Below, one piece after another: positions 24,106 through 36,088 of a DNA stretch of 64,000 bases. The position numbers were made by a program, and so were the translations under genes. The notes under the pieces are model-generated. The model was not told the origin of the DNA and did not search any database. It saw only the letters and a program-made list of their open reading frames with translations. Position 1 is the stretch's first letter; each line of letters opens with the position of its first letter. This DNA comes from Guillardia theta CCMP2712 (lineage: Eukaryota > Protista > Cryptophyta), in NCBI RefSeq assembly GCF_000315625.1, contig NW_005434645.1:581033-645032 (forward strand), given 5' to 3'.

Positions 24106-26400
24106 CTACTGCATTGCATTTCTCGGGGTAAAGACGAACTTCATATCAAACTTTGTCATCTGCCACAACATTAGAAAACCGTTGAGAAGACCATAATGAT
24201 GGAAAGAAGAAGGGAAGGATGAGAAGAAGGGCAGAGAAGAGCTCATGTGTGCAGGAAGAAGAGGATCAAGAGATGACCTGCTTTCGATCCTCCTGTTAGT
24301 CTGCATCCCATCTTGGCGGAAGGGACATAGTTAAAGCTGGAAGAGATGAACAACTTGGTGTGCGCGTGGATGGTGGGGACCTGCAGAACTTCAGGCGGGA
24401 AGAGGAGAGGGGAGGAGCTGCTCACCACAAACAAGAAGAAATCAGCGAAAGGGAACAAGAGCAGCTGCAGAGCTCTCGAGAAAACTCCCATGTGATTGGG
24501 CGAAACCTGCGGACAGGGTCAGGGAGGACGCCAGGCTTCGCGACCGAGTACTCACGTCGAAGTAGAGCCGATCCTTGAGGACTGAAGTGCGGAGAGAGTA
24601 GTCGGAAAAGCACATGAAGATGTAGTGGAAGATACAGTGCACCACCCAAGTCCAGATCATGACATCCTTGAGGGCGACAAGGTCCTGCTGCCCGGTGATG
24701 AAGTCGAGGTTGAACAGAACAGGGATCTTTCCGTAGAGGAAGGGAGCTGTGATCAGCGCCACGCACATCACAACCACCAGCAGATGATGGTCGTAGGCCG
24801 TGAAGAGCAGCGAGATCCTCTTGGCTAGCGGCACCTTCCAATTACACACGCTCTGGACCAGAAGGTAGCCGAAGTCGACGGCTCCCCATTGCCACCTGAC
24901 CGACTGGTCGTAGCATTCCTTGACCGTGTCGAGGTAGCCCTTCCCCTCTACTGCCTCCGTCCCGACTGTGATCATCATCCTTGTGCACGCCACCTTCCCA
25001 TGATCGGCAAACACGCAGCGGAAGTACATGTGCCAGTCCTCGGGAATGACTGAAGGGTCCCAGTAGCAGGCACGCTCTGCCAACCTCAGCGGAAGCGAGT
25101 AGATGGCGAGGGGAAAAGGGTTTGAGATGGGACAGCCGAGTTCCGCCATACGTCCGATGCTCAGCACTGTATACCTCGTGGAGCAGATCCCCGGGACGTG
25201 ACAGACATTTGGCATGAAGTTGGTCACTGGGATGTAGAACCGATGATAACGATTGTCCCCGTCACAGATGAAGTGATGAGTGAGGCAGGCAAACTGATTC
25301 GGATGGAAGAACGTATCAGCATCGCACGTTGTGATCACGATGTAGTCGGGGTTGATACGCATCCTGTCCACCATCAGCTTCTTGACGCATCGTGCCGCCC
25401 AGTTCTCGTTGGACGACTTGCCGGCGACTTCTCCTTCCTTGACTTCATGGATGGCATAGCAAAGACCTCCCAGCTTATGGGCGTACTCCTGCTGGAGGAT
25501 TTCAGCCGTCTCCTTTGCCTTGGGGTCTCGGGCCTCCATGGCCATGCAGACCACAATCTGCTTGGCGATGGACTGATAGGCAATAGTGTCCAGCGTCTGC
25601 CTGAGCTTCACGAGCGGTTCCTTGTAGTTGGGAACAATGACTGCATGCCAGACCGCATTGAAGTCCAGGGAACCAAGAGGTCTCTTCTGCTTCTGCCAGT
25701 AGTCGGGAGCACGAGAGTCGTACTTCTGCAGCAGGTTCAGGCCATGAAAAGCACTGGCCCACATGATCCAGAATCGGATGACTCCATAGAGCATGAAGAA
25801 GCCAACGATGCTGACTGCGATGTCCGGCCTCTGCATCAACAGCCAAACATGCCCAAAATAGATGAAGAAAGCAAGAGTCGTGTATGTGTGGATGGCTGGC
25901 AGTCTTGCAAGGATGGAGTAGGCAGTCCTCTCCACACCTCCACAACAGGCTTCTGAGTTAGCCTCTTCTGTTTCGCCATCAATGAGTAACCCATGTGCAG
26001 ATTGCGTCACAGTTGCTTCTCTCAAAGTGTGGCCCTCTCCTGCAGGAAACCTGCGTTCATCCTTGACAAGCGAGTTGGTTGAAGGAGGAGCTGTCAACAG
26101 CGCAAGCCCACCCAGAAGAGGGGTCCGCTCGCATCCGCTTGAAGCGGATGCATGCCCTAAAACAGGTATGCGTCAAGAAATAGATACATTCATGATGATC
26201 CCCACTCTGCAAAATGAAACATCACAGATGAAGGCCGGAGGCAACAACCAACGCTGTGATGCAACATCTTTCTCTTAGGAAAGCAGCATCCCCCTCACCC
26301 ACATCTCATGATATCTCGTGACACCGCACTTAACATCTCGCCGGCACTGCCGTGCTGCTCTATCCTCAGACTTACCATCTTCCTGCATAGCCGGCGCCAT
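24106..26400 (-). CDS. Membrane-bound processive family-2 glycosyltransferase
   Basis: VIVPNYKE, GKSSN, TCDAD (DxD), IPED and QSVRW (QxxRW), with TM helices on both sides of the catalytic domain. Confidence 0.9.
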
Positions 26401-26479
26401 CACCGCATCCTCTAAATCGGGCAGCAACTCGGAATCGTTAAAATACTTTATTACCGCGACCGTTACACTACAGTTTTTC

Positions 26480-26870
26480 CTGGCGGCCGCCCGCACCGCG
26501 GCCGGGCCCGGCCCGCCCGTCACCAGGCTAAGATGACTCCGATCGCGGCTCGGATCGGATCGGACGCACGCGGCCAAGTTCTGGGTGGTCGGCCCCCGGC
26601 GCCGTGCACGCCGCGCGCCGGCCCGGCCGGCCCAGACCGTACAGTGTCAGCGGGGGCCCCCCGTCACGGCGGTGCCCGGCCCCCAGTGACACGGCACCGT
26701 CACGGTGACTCGGCAGCGCCGGACTCCCGGAAGGCCGTCAGTGCTCGCCGGACCGGGCTGGCGACCGTTGCCACAGTGGCAGGCTTCCGATTGAATTGAT
26801 TTACTGATTACGAAGTGGCCGGTCGTCATCATCCGACGATCCGATCATGGCCATCGGAGCACGGTACCGG
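26480..26870. promoter_or_regulatory. GC/CpG palindrome-rich island upstream of the GT2 gene
   Basis: Same composition and word usage as the island at 6320. Confidence 0.5.
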
Positions 26871-26875
26871 GCCGA

Positions 26876-28053
26876 CTAACATGATCCGCCACCGTCTCCT
26901 CCTCCGCCACCGCCGTCTCCCCCTCCGCCGCCGCAGTCTCCTCCTCCTCCTCCGCCGCCGCCGCCGCTGTCCCAGGATCCTCCCCACCAGCCGGGTTCTC
27001 CAATTGAAACATTGAAAAAGTAAGCACCGCCATTCAAATTAGGGTCATTGCTTCCTTCCCGGCGGCGCCCCCTGCCAAAGCAGCTCTTCTTTTTGCGCTC
27101 CTGCTTCTTTACCGGCTCCTTCACCGGCTCAGGCTTCACCGGCTGCTGGAACGGCGGCTGGAACGGCGGCTGCGGGTTCCCTGCATACTGCGATGCGATA
27201 TAAAGGTGAGAGACCAGCAAAAAAAGATGGAGAGGCTTGCCAGAGGTGAAGGAACGTCATTCTGCATGAAGGCTTGCTGTTGGGGGTATGGAATCCCATT
27301 CTGCATGAAGGCTTGCTGTTGAGGATATTGACTCTCATTCTGCCTGAAGGCTTGCTGTTGGGGGGGTTGACTTTCAACCATTGTAGCTTGAGGAGCCTCC
27401 TTTAAGCTGTAGAAACCCATATAAGTTTTGAAGAGATTCATCGACAACACCTTCAAGGTGTATGAGCTTGAGTTTACCTATTACGTCGCTTTTGCATGTA
27501 ACAAACGAACCAGACGAGGGCAAGGAACGCCACCACTGTTCATATCGTTCAGTGTTGGAAAGAGCATGGCTATTATTGCAGTTACCTCCAGCGACAACAC
27601 CGCAGATCAAAGCGACACTAGGCTTAGCAACGCAGTCGCATGGCATCTTGCAGTGGTTGATTGGGCATCTACCGTCGGATAACAACGGATTCAATTTCCC
27701 GGTGTCGCATTCCTAATCACACGCACAGGACAACACAAAGAAAAGTTAGTGCACATGTAACAGTAGAATCTCCACCGAGTGCCCAACATAGACTTGATAT
27801 CTTGCTATGAACACAAATCTCCTTCATCTCAGAGCATGCATATGCCTTAAAAGATAGTCTCATATTCATCTTGTGTGAATGAGAAAACATCACGAGCGAT
27901 GATGGAAAGGTGTAGACAAAAGCCTGTTCAGCATCTTTCCATGGAAACGGCGGATCAGCAGCATCACAGCTCGTATGTGTCTTGATCGCTGACTCCCGCT
28001 CTCTTCCCGCGCTCCTTCCTCCGCTCCCCTCTTACCTTGCATTGGACCGCCAT
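26876..28053 (-). CDS. Hypothetical single-pass membrane protein with a Q/P-rich cytosolic region and a Gly-rich C-terminus
   Basis: TM segment SVALICGVVAG/VVAFLALVWFVCYMQKR, (QQQAFMQN..YP)x3, and GGGGGDCGGGGGDGGG..SC*. 5' exons are uncertain. Confidence 0.6.
27259..27363. repeat. 39-nt coding minisatellite, about 3 copies
   Basis: Unit cattctgcatgaaggcttgctgttg(g/a)gg.. encodes a 13-aa QQQAFMQNGIPYP-like repeat on the minus strand. Confidence 0.85.
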
Positions 28054-28334
28054 GATGCAAGGATTCCGAACCTACTCTGAACCCCTGAGTGACCGCGCCG
28101 GGGTTATCATATAGTAGTGCACAAGGCCATTATAGGCTCAAAGTAAACAAACTGGTACTAATAAATAGTCACTAATAGTACCAGTTACCACCAGGTAGGC
28201 TCAATTTGTATCCCAAAGTTGCCGGGGAAAGATAGGTAGGGTAGAAGGATTTCTGGCGGGGGAATTTTTGTACCGGCCGGAGTCTTTACTCAAAGTTAAG
28301 TGGAGGCGTGTCAGTTAATTTGGCATTTGAGTTG

Positions 28335-28370
28335 AGATTTGAATTCAGATTTGAATTCAGATTTGAATTC
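28335..28370. repeat. (AGATTTGAATTC)3 tandem repeat
   Basis: Three perfect 12-nt copies. Confidence 0.9.
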
Positions 28371-28909
28371 AAGTGACTCAACTCATAATAAAAAGTGAGG
28401 CCGCGGCCTCACCGCTGATTGTAGATTTTACAACACTGCAGCTTCTTGAGATCTCCAAAAACACATCGTTTCTGAAAAGGCTGATCAAAAGCTTGTCATC
28501 GATTCCAAATTTCGTGGTAAGCGAGCTCCAAACGCTACATTTTTGCCCCATGTGTGCCATGGCATCCTCGTGATCACATAGATTTAGCCTTGTGACATGT
28601 CAGCATATCTCTTTACAACTAATGCTCCCCCTGAACATCTTCATTTCGTGGCTCATTCCTCACATTTCGGGGACCCCTGCTCGTGCTGGCTGTGAAACCC
28701 CTGCATCGCCATTCCTTTCCACTCCCTGCACTCTCGCTCCCCTTCTCCGATCCTTTCCCCTCACCACCTCCTGGGTTCATAGACTTTGTTCCAATTACCT
28801 GTCCTTGCTTCGCGTTCTCTGCTCGACGAGAAGAATCCCTAGCATTGCTCATCGGTACCCAACAGGGTGCTTTCGACAACGTATTCCGTATTTAAAGGCC
28901 TTGCCACGA

Positions 28910-29236
28910 ATGGAGCATGATTCATCAGATGATGTCATCTCTATGTCATCCTTCGATCGAACTCCGTTGTCAAGATGCTATTCTGAAACTCAAAATCCTG
29001 ACTCAAGATCCTCTTCCGATGCTGCTTCGTCGTGGATCAGCGAATCAGTCGATTCGTCCCTCCATCCTAGCTTTTCATATCAGATGCTCATGCAGTGGTC
29101 AAGCTTCTCTGATTGGAAAAAACATAAGCTTCGGGCACTCAGTCACTCGATGGATGTCATCCAAAAAGCTATGACTGAGGCGCGCGAGGGCGAACTAGCA
29201 AAGCTGCCTTCGTTGGAAAGTTTAAGGAAAGACTAA
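28910..29236 (+). CDS. Small Ser-rich hypothetical protein
   Basis: MEHDSSDD..WSSFSDWKKHKLRALSHSMDVIQKAM; intronless, no recognised family. Confidence 0.45.
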   Translation: MEHDSSDDVISMSSFDRTPLSRCYSETQNPDSRSSSDAASSWISESVDSSLHPSFSYQMLMQWSSFSDWKKHKLRALSHSMDVIQKAMTEAREGELAKLPSLESLRKD

Positions 29237-29422
29237 GCCGCATGATTAACAGCCACTGTGCAGCACTGTCCGACATATCTTCGCAATGTTTTCCTTGTGT
29301 ACTTTACTTTCGAATATATTTCCTTTACATTCGTTTCTATCCAGAAGGTTCTCGAGACCGAATCATCTTGTGACTGTTGTTGAGCGCGAACCAACCAGAC
29401 AAGCTGAAACTACTTCAATAAG

Positions 29423-30377
29423 CTAGTTGGACACCTTGATCACTTCAACTTCCATAAGAAGATTCTCGTCAAAACGTCTTGATAGTTTTCTCTTGGCCTG
29501 CAAAAATAAAGTAAGAGGTTCGTTCCACGACATCGTAAGCTTGGCACACCTGAAAAGTGGCTGGAGAGGGAACACGGAAATAGTCGAGACATGTTTCTGC
29601 TTCCGTGACGGCGCCTCCGGGTAGCCCGACGGCAGATCCTATGTCAACACTCTTTACACATGATGCATCTTCAAGTTTCCAGCCCCGCTCGGGCTTAACT
29701 GAAATTCTTCGTAGCCCTCCTTGTTTCATGCCAGGCAAGGATGAGCTCAACGCATTGATCAGGTTTGCTTCACCAACCACAAATTTCAACGTGTCTGTCT
29801 CCTTGTCATCATCCTCGCCGTAGCCATAGCTAAAGACCAAGCTAGCTTCACCACTCAGCCCATCCCTTGATCTCTTTCCCAACCTCAGCACTCGATACTT
29901 GATTTCAACCTCAGAACCTGGTTTTACCTCTGCTCCTGTTCCTATTCTTACATCTCGGTAGCGATCACCCTCCTTAGTCACAGAAAAATTTCCATCTTGC
30001 TTATCGAAAAGTGTTGCTTCCCTCTGGGCCCCGTACTCTTGGGCTTCCTGTATGTTTGTGATTTTCTTCGTTGGCAAATCTTTCTTCTTTCCGAAGTCAG
30101 GTGGAGGTGCAATTCCCTTCACTAGAGCTTGTGCATTCGGAGGAAGATTAAGGGTGAGCATCAATCCGCCACACATCGAAACCAAGTCGGCCCTTGTGAA
30201 TGTCGTCCGATCCTTCATCCTCAAATTATGCTGTACTCCACTTTCACAGCACGATCGGCTCGTCCTCTGCATTCTTGCAGGTGCAGGCGAAAAGCCAAAA
30301 GAGTCTGCGTAGGGGAGGCACAGCAGCGCCATAACGACACCAGCTGCAGCGGCTTCCTTCCACCCCCTCGTTGCCAT
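29423..30377 (-). CDS. FKBP-type peptidyl-prolyl isomerase, plastid/thylakoid-lumen targeted
   Basis: Signal peptide ..ADS|F, transit peptide, second hydrophobic segment ending AQA; FKBP motifs RYRDVRIGTG, GMKQGGLRRISVKPERG, LLMEVEVIKV; one intron near 29500-29549. Confidence 0.9.
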
Positions 30378-31001
30378 GGGCGGCTTTAGATGTTCCGACG
30401 TTCACAGTCTTTGGGCGAACGACGAGAAGTATACCACTGCCCAGGTCATTTACTAACAAATTAAGTGAGGCAGACTCTTTTGTTTAATCACACATATTTC
30501 AGTCAACTTTTATTTCTATCATAGGCTTGTCCGAGTCAGTCCAGGACAACACCCGGGTGACTCGCGGCTGGGTACTGACGCCGGTAGGGCCGGGCCAGGC
30601 TAAATCCGTCGGACGGTCCGGCAGCTCTGCTTCGGAGCGGAAAATGTCCCTAAAGGAGAGGAGGACGACACTGCCAGCAAACCGCCGAGTCCGATCACAG
30701 TGAACGAGCTGCCTAGTGATGCGGATTCGTAGTACTGAGTTCGGAAGAAAGTTTGTGAGTGACAGTGAATTTTGAGCATGTTTGCCATGAGGAGTGATGA
30801 GCTGAATCGTGCTAGAACAGAGGAGTTCGAGTCTAGTGCCACTGGTAGTACGCCTCGATATGGCGGGTTGCGGCGGTAAATCATACTTCAAATTCAGTAG
30901 AGTCACTCGGATTCGAACTGAACAAGTTTGTCTTGATTATAGATACACAGCTAGATTGTGCTTGATATATTGGGGGGTGACAAACAAACACTAAAAAGAG
31001 T

Positions 31002-32014
31002 ATGGGGACTCGATGCAAAAGCATCCTTTCTGTGCAAGCAACATGATGTACGTTCTTTAGAAATTCTGTGAGTTTGCTACTTTTGATTCAACAGCATCAT
31101 CTGATGTCGTTATGATATTTTCTCAGAGTTATATTCGCAATTTCCCTCTTTTGCCACAATCACAGAATATGTGGATATGACGGACTTTGTTGCACCTCAA
31201 TCTGCATCAAGAATTGTTCTCGCAAAAACGAGTTTCGATGCTATCTCAGCACAACGCAACTTTTCTTAGCAGCATCGATTCATCATCATACAAAGAAATA
31301 TTTTTGTTTGGTTATTTATGATACAGGGCTACTTATCGTTTACATATGGGAAACAACAACAGCGTTATGGAATGCTGCGGTCCATGCACAGTTGTACGAG
31401 ACAAGGTGGGTGAAATTGTCATTTTCTATACATGGAATATTTACAAAATGATCTGAAACAGAAAAACACGTTAGATATCGACATGGAAGACCAAAAAATG
31501 CAGGATCCATTTGAAACAAGTTTCGATGGCATAGATCACAGTTTGCTATCCAACAGTGCCTTCCAAGGTTTTCACTCTGCAACATTTGTGTTTTTTGACA
31601 TATGTATCCAAGAGAGCAGGGAACGGAAGCAAGGCGGAGGGTTTTCATTCGGTCAAATGACAAGACAGGTTTGAGCACTATTTCCTTCTCAACTTTCAAA
31701 TGTAATGTAAACATGTAGGACTATTTTCTCCTGTACGATGCAATTCACTCACTTGTACGATCCAGAAAAATCTCCAAAGAAGAGGTTTTTGTAAATGATT
31801 GCAACCCCAAAAGAGAGATGTTAACTGATCTGTACGATGAATGCCAAAAACAGGAAAACAAACTGTATGACCTCATTGGAAAACAGGATCCGGCCATAGC
31901 TATGGCATTTCAAGTGCGACTCAAGTTTGTGTATTGCTGCCACAGCCTGATAGTTGAATTTTACAGAAGTATAAGGTGTCAGGCGATACAACAAGCCTTC
32001 AAGAAATTGTATAA
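31002..32014 (+). CDS. Hypothetical multi-exon protein (AT-richer)
   Basis: Exon-like segments DLKQKNTLDID..GQMTRQ, DYFLLYDAIHSLVRSRK, MLTDLYDECQ..AMAFQ, KYKVSGDTTSLQEIV* joined by short introns. Confidence 0.5.
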
Positions 32015-32229
32015 CAATGAAACTTTACTTCCGTGACAGTTGACTTCGTCACCCTACTGTGACACGTGCTCATTGCTCCACATGACTTTACCGTATAGAC
32101 CCTGCCAGGCTTGAGCCTGGCAGTGACTGGAAAGGGCGGGCTGGTCACTGAGTCACAAGTTCCGAAGTTCAACGCCGAGTCATAAGCCTGTTTCAAAAGA
32201 TGCCGGGCCCCCATAACCATACTACGGTA

Positions 32230-32720
32230 CTGTGACTTGGGCCGCCAACGCGGCGGGCCGGGCCGCGCCCCGGCTAGATAGTACGGTCCGATCGGCCCCG
32301 GCGGGATCGGACCCGGGCCGGGTCGGGGCCGCCGTGCCAGTGGTGACTGTCACAGTGTGAAACGGTCACCCGGCCCGGGCCCGGTACCGCCCGGCCCGGC
32401 CGGGCTGCGGCCGCCCCCCGGTACCGTCGCGGCAGACCGTACAGTACGGTGTATCACCGGGCCCGGGCCGGCTGGGTGGCAGCGGCCGCTGGCCGCGCCT
32501 GCGGCAACGCCGGGCGTTGACCGATCACGGCCCTGAATGGCCACTGAGGAGCCGGGCCCCGGCCGGGCCGGGCCCCGAGGCTCGGAGCAACAGCGGCGCC
32601 CGGCCGGGCCACGGCGATCAGATGCATTAGTCGCCTGACTGATCGGACTGTAGGGCCGGGCCCGGTCCGGGGGTAGTCAGGCTGTGACGGCAGTGGCAGC
32701 ACGCCGCCTCAGACCGGGGC
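32230..32720. promoter_or_regulatory. GC/CpG palindrome-rich island upstream of the iGluR-like gene
   Basis: Very dense GGCCCGG/CCGGG/GGTACC words. Confidence 0.5.
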
Positions 32721-33248
32721 TACATCGGTACTTTACCTTTACTGGTACTACTAGTCTCAGATTTATTTCCGGGGGACCACACCGATGCAGCGAGCCAGTG
32801 GTGCTTGGGTAGGGTAGGGTCACCTCCACAGTACAGATAATGGCTCAAACCACCCAAAGTCTGGGACAACAGGGGGGTAGGGTCCATCAGATTCAGGCGT
32901 GGGGGCTGATGGGGTGGTCGCAGTTCCGACAATAATTGCCAGGACGGTAGCTCTGCGTCAACAAGAGGGTGGGGTCAGGCTAGGATGGGGTCTTGTTGAG
33001 CCATGCACGAGGGAAATGGGAGGGTAGGGTCATTTGAGTTGCTGAAACAGGGATGAAGTGGTGGAGTATGGCAAATGCTGGCATATGATGTAAGAGCGGA
33101 GGAAGAAGTGAAACAGAGCCAACTTGGAAGTACAGGAGCCAGCGATTTTCCAACGCGAATACATACCATGCCGAAATATCTGGAACAACATGCTGATACC
33201 TCTGAGTCGGGAGATACTGATACTCAGCAAATTTCTGTGCGCAAAACC

Positions 33249-36071
33249 ATGGCCATCGTGAGGAGACACAATTTGCAGCTGCTCTTCGTTGCTGTAGTGT
33301 TGCAGGTACAAATGATGGGTGTTGAGAGTCAGTCGTCTTGTACAAGCTCGTCTTGCAACCCAATGACCTTACCCTGCGGGAAAAATTTGAGGATATTAAC
33401 TCATTACTCTGCTCCATTCGTCATGTTTGATGCTAGTGAGTACTGTCAATGTTTGGAAGCAGAGTTAAAAGGTTTTTTTCAGCACTTTGCAACAAACAAA
33501 AATGCCCCCCTATTGCATTTGGATGCTCAGAGGCAAATCTCAGCTCATGCAAGAATGGTGGACTGACATATTATTTTGTATGTTCTGTGAACAGAGATGT
33601 TGTATTAAACCTGACATTACGTTCAGGTCAATCGATATTTGAAAGAACAGTTGAACACACAGTGCCAAGTAAGCTGTGCAGAAGATGCCATCGTTCTGAG
33701 AAACTGAACTCTCTTCTCAGGAACTCAAACTTTCCAACTCGACTTTCGAGTGGTACATCGCGTCAACGGATATGTGACAAGTAATCGAAACCAGCGCACA
33801 ACCTAACGGAGCTATGCAGTTCCTCTGATAACCTCATCGTCAACATTTTGTGTGATGGACGTTTCAACTTTACAAGTGAGACGCCGCCGCTTCAGAATGG
33901 AACGGTTAGGAAAAATGCATCAGTGCATTAGCATTAGAGTTCATGTAACCCAGTGCACTACAGTGCCCCTCCGCCCTACTAGGAAATCCAGGATATTATA
34001 AAGGACCTAGCCCATTGTCTACATGTACTAGCATTGACGACAGTAATTCTTTTCTCTGCTCGCCGTTTTCCTCTCTTGACTCACTTATTAACAGAATCTT
34101 GTGTCAGTCCTGGGCCGGATATGGCAAGTGTCAACTCTCAAATATGCCCAGCCAAGGCATTAGCTGACAAAGATATTTCTTTTAGATCATCGGATCCGTT
34201 CAAATCACTCTCAACCGATTGGCTCTACTGCAGTTCTCTTCACCGTAAGTCCTCGCTGTAGTACCAGAAAACGATAAAACGATTGTGAGATGCGCACAGA
34301 TACGCTACGATACAGCAGGCACTTGTGACCAAACAGAGTGTCCCGATTTACGTCTTCAGAGACATCGGCACCAACATGTACAACATATTTGGTCCCTTCG
34401 ACGTGTTTTTGTGGATTGGTATTGTTGTCGAATGCTGCATTATTTGGATTCTATTCTTAATCATCGAAGTAAGTCCTGCCGTTCTCCTGTCGCTCTTTCT
34501 GAGAGCTTTTGGCTAGGCGCCTGTGAATCACGGCATTGCCAAAGGATTAAACTCATTTCCAGACACGTTTTACTGGGTCTTTACGACCTTGGTAGGGGGT
34601 CCAGACAAGGCGCCTGAAACAACAGGAGGAAAATGGATATTCTGCGCTCATACCCTGTTTTCGATCATCATCGCAGCTACTTACACAGGAGCTGTAGCCG
34701 CGTTCTTGACATCTTCTGCTGGAGCAGCACAACTGAACGACTTTTCGAGCCTTGAGAGTGGAGCGTTCACGACAGTTGTGGTGGGGCCAGCATGCCCAGA
34801 CACGGCATCGTGGTCAGCCAATTGGCGAGGGACGTACAACGGGGGAAATAGCAAATACTCCTGCAGCTCAACAGGGAGCGTACAGGTGAGAGATAGGTGA
34901 GAATGTAACTTCCTTCCTTGATCGTCTGTGCAGTTCGAATACTTGCAACTGTTGCAGAGGTCTTCCAGCTCCATCAGCTTCTCCATTTTCACCACGTCGG
35001 GGCTGTTCTCCAAGTATGCCAATGGGCAGACCTTGATGTACAGCAAGACGGTGGATCCCTGCTCTGTCAAGGGTACAATCACGTTGAGATTCTTTCGTGC
35101 TGCTGACTCCACGCTGTGCAGATGCTCAGTTGGGAGCCTTTGACATGGTCATGTGCGGGATCAATGGGTCTGCTGGACCAGATTCCATGTTCGCCAATGG
35201 CCCATCTGTGGTATATGAGCTGACAAGGAGGTTCAAAGAAACTGGAAGGTGAAGTAACAGCCTCAACCTCTTCTGACGAACTCACATCAACCTTACCATC
35301 AGCTGTCTTTTGGCAACCAAAGGTTCGCAGTTCAATCCAAGCGGTCTTGGAATTGGCTTCCCATTCAATGGAGAACTTCAGATACCGTGAGATGGAACTA
35401 TTACAACAAGATCTGAGTGACGCAAGGCTTTACAGGTTCTCTGTAGCGGTGCTGAACGCCTCTTCGAATGGACTGGTAGAGAATCTCATGGCCGAATTCA
35501 AAGTCAGGAATGTTGATAATCCATGCGTATATGTGGATCCTGGAAAGGGAAAGACTCTTACCTTGCCCGAGATGTCTGGATTGTTCGTGATTACTTTTGC
35601 TGGATTTCTAGTCGCATTTCTCCAGGCAATCTTCGAGCGATACTTCTATGACAAGGAGTTGAAACAGGAGCAAGAAAGGATGGAGTTGGAGAATGCTGAG
35701 ATGGATGTCGTTGAAGAGTGTGAGGTTGAAGCATCGGAAGCACCCGCATCTCAAGCTTCAGAAGATAGCGATCTGACAGTAGAGAAGATGCATCATGAAG
35801 AGCACAACTTAGATTATGGTGAGGTCAACGAATACCTAGACGATGTGAGTGTCTCAGAATTTTTCGAAACATGTTTTGATTCTGTTTTGAACAGTTGATC
35901 CAGCAGACTAACAGAATTAAGGCTTTGGCTCAGAAAGTGGTTGAACAACGAGAAAGAGACAAAAACGAAGCAAAGAACACAACAGAAAACGAGCCTCAAG
36001 CAAATGGCCACAAGACAATGGACTGGGCTGGGTCTATAGCAAATGTTTTCTCTAGAACAACAGATAGTTAA
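33249..36071 (+). CDS. Ionotropic glutamate-receptor-like ligand-gated channel
   Basis: Signal peptide; S1 start LRILTHYSAPFVM; M1 IFGPFDVFLWIGIV; pore FYWVFTTLVGGPDKAP; M3 IIAATYTGAVAAFLT (SYTANLAAF-like); M4 LTLPEMSGLFVITFAGFLVA. Confidence 0.9.
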
Positions 36072-36088
36072 TGATTGGCTTATTGTTA

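Noticed and set aside
32230-32720. Structured ncRNA or ORFs in the GC islands
   Set aside because: No tRNA/rRNA signature; the ORFs are Pro/Gly/Arg/Ala artefacts of high GC.
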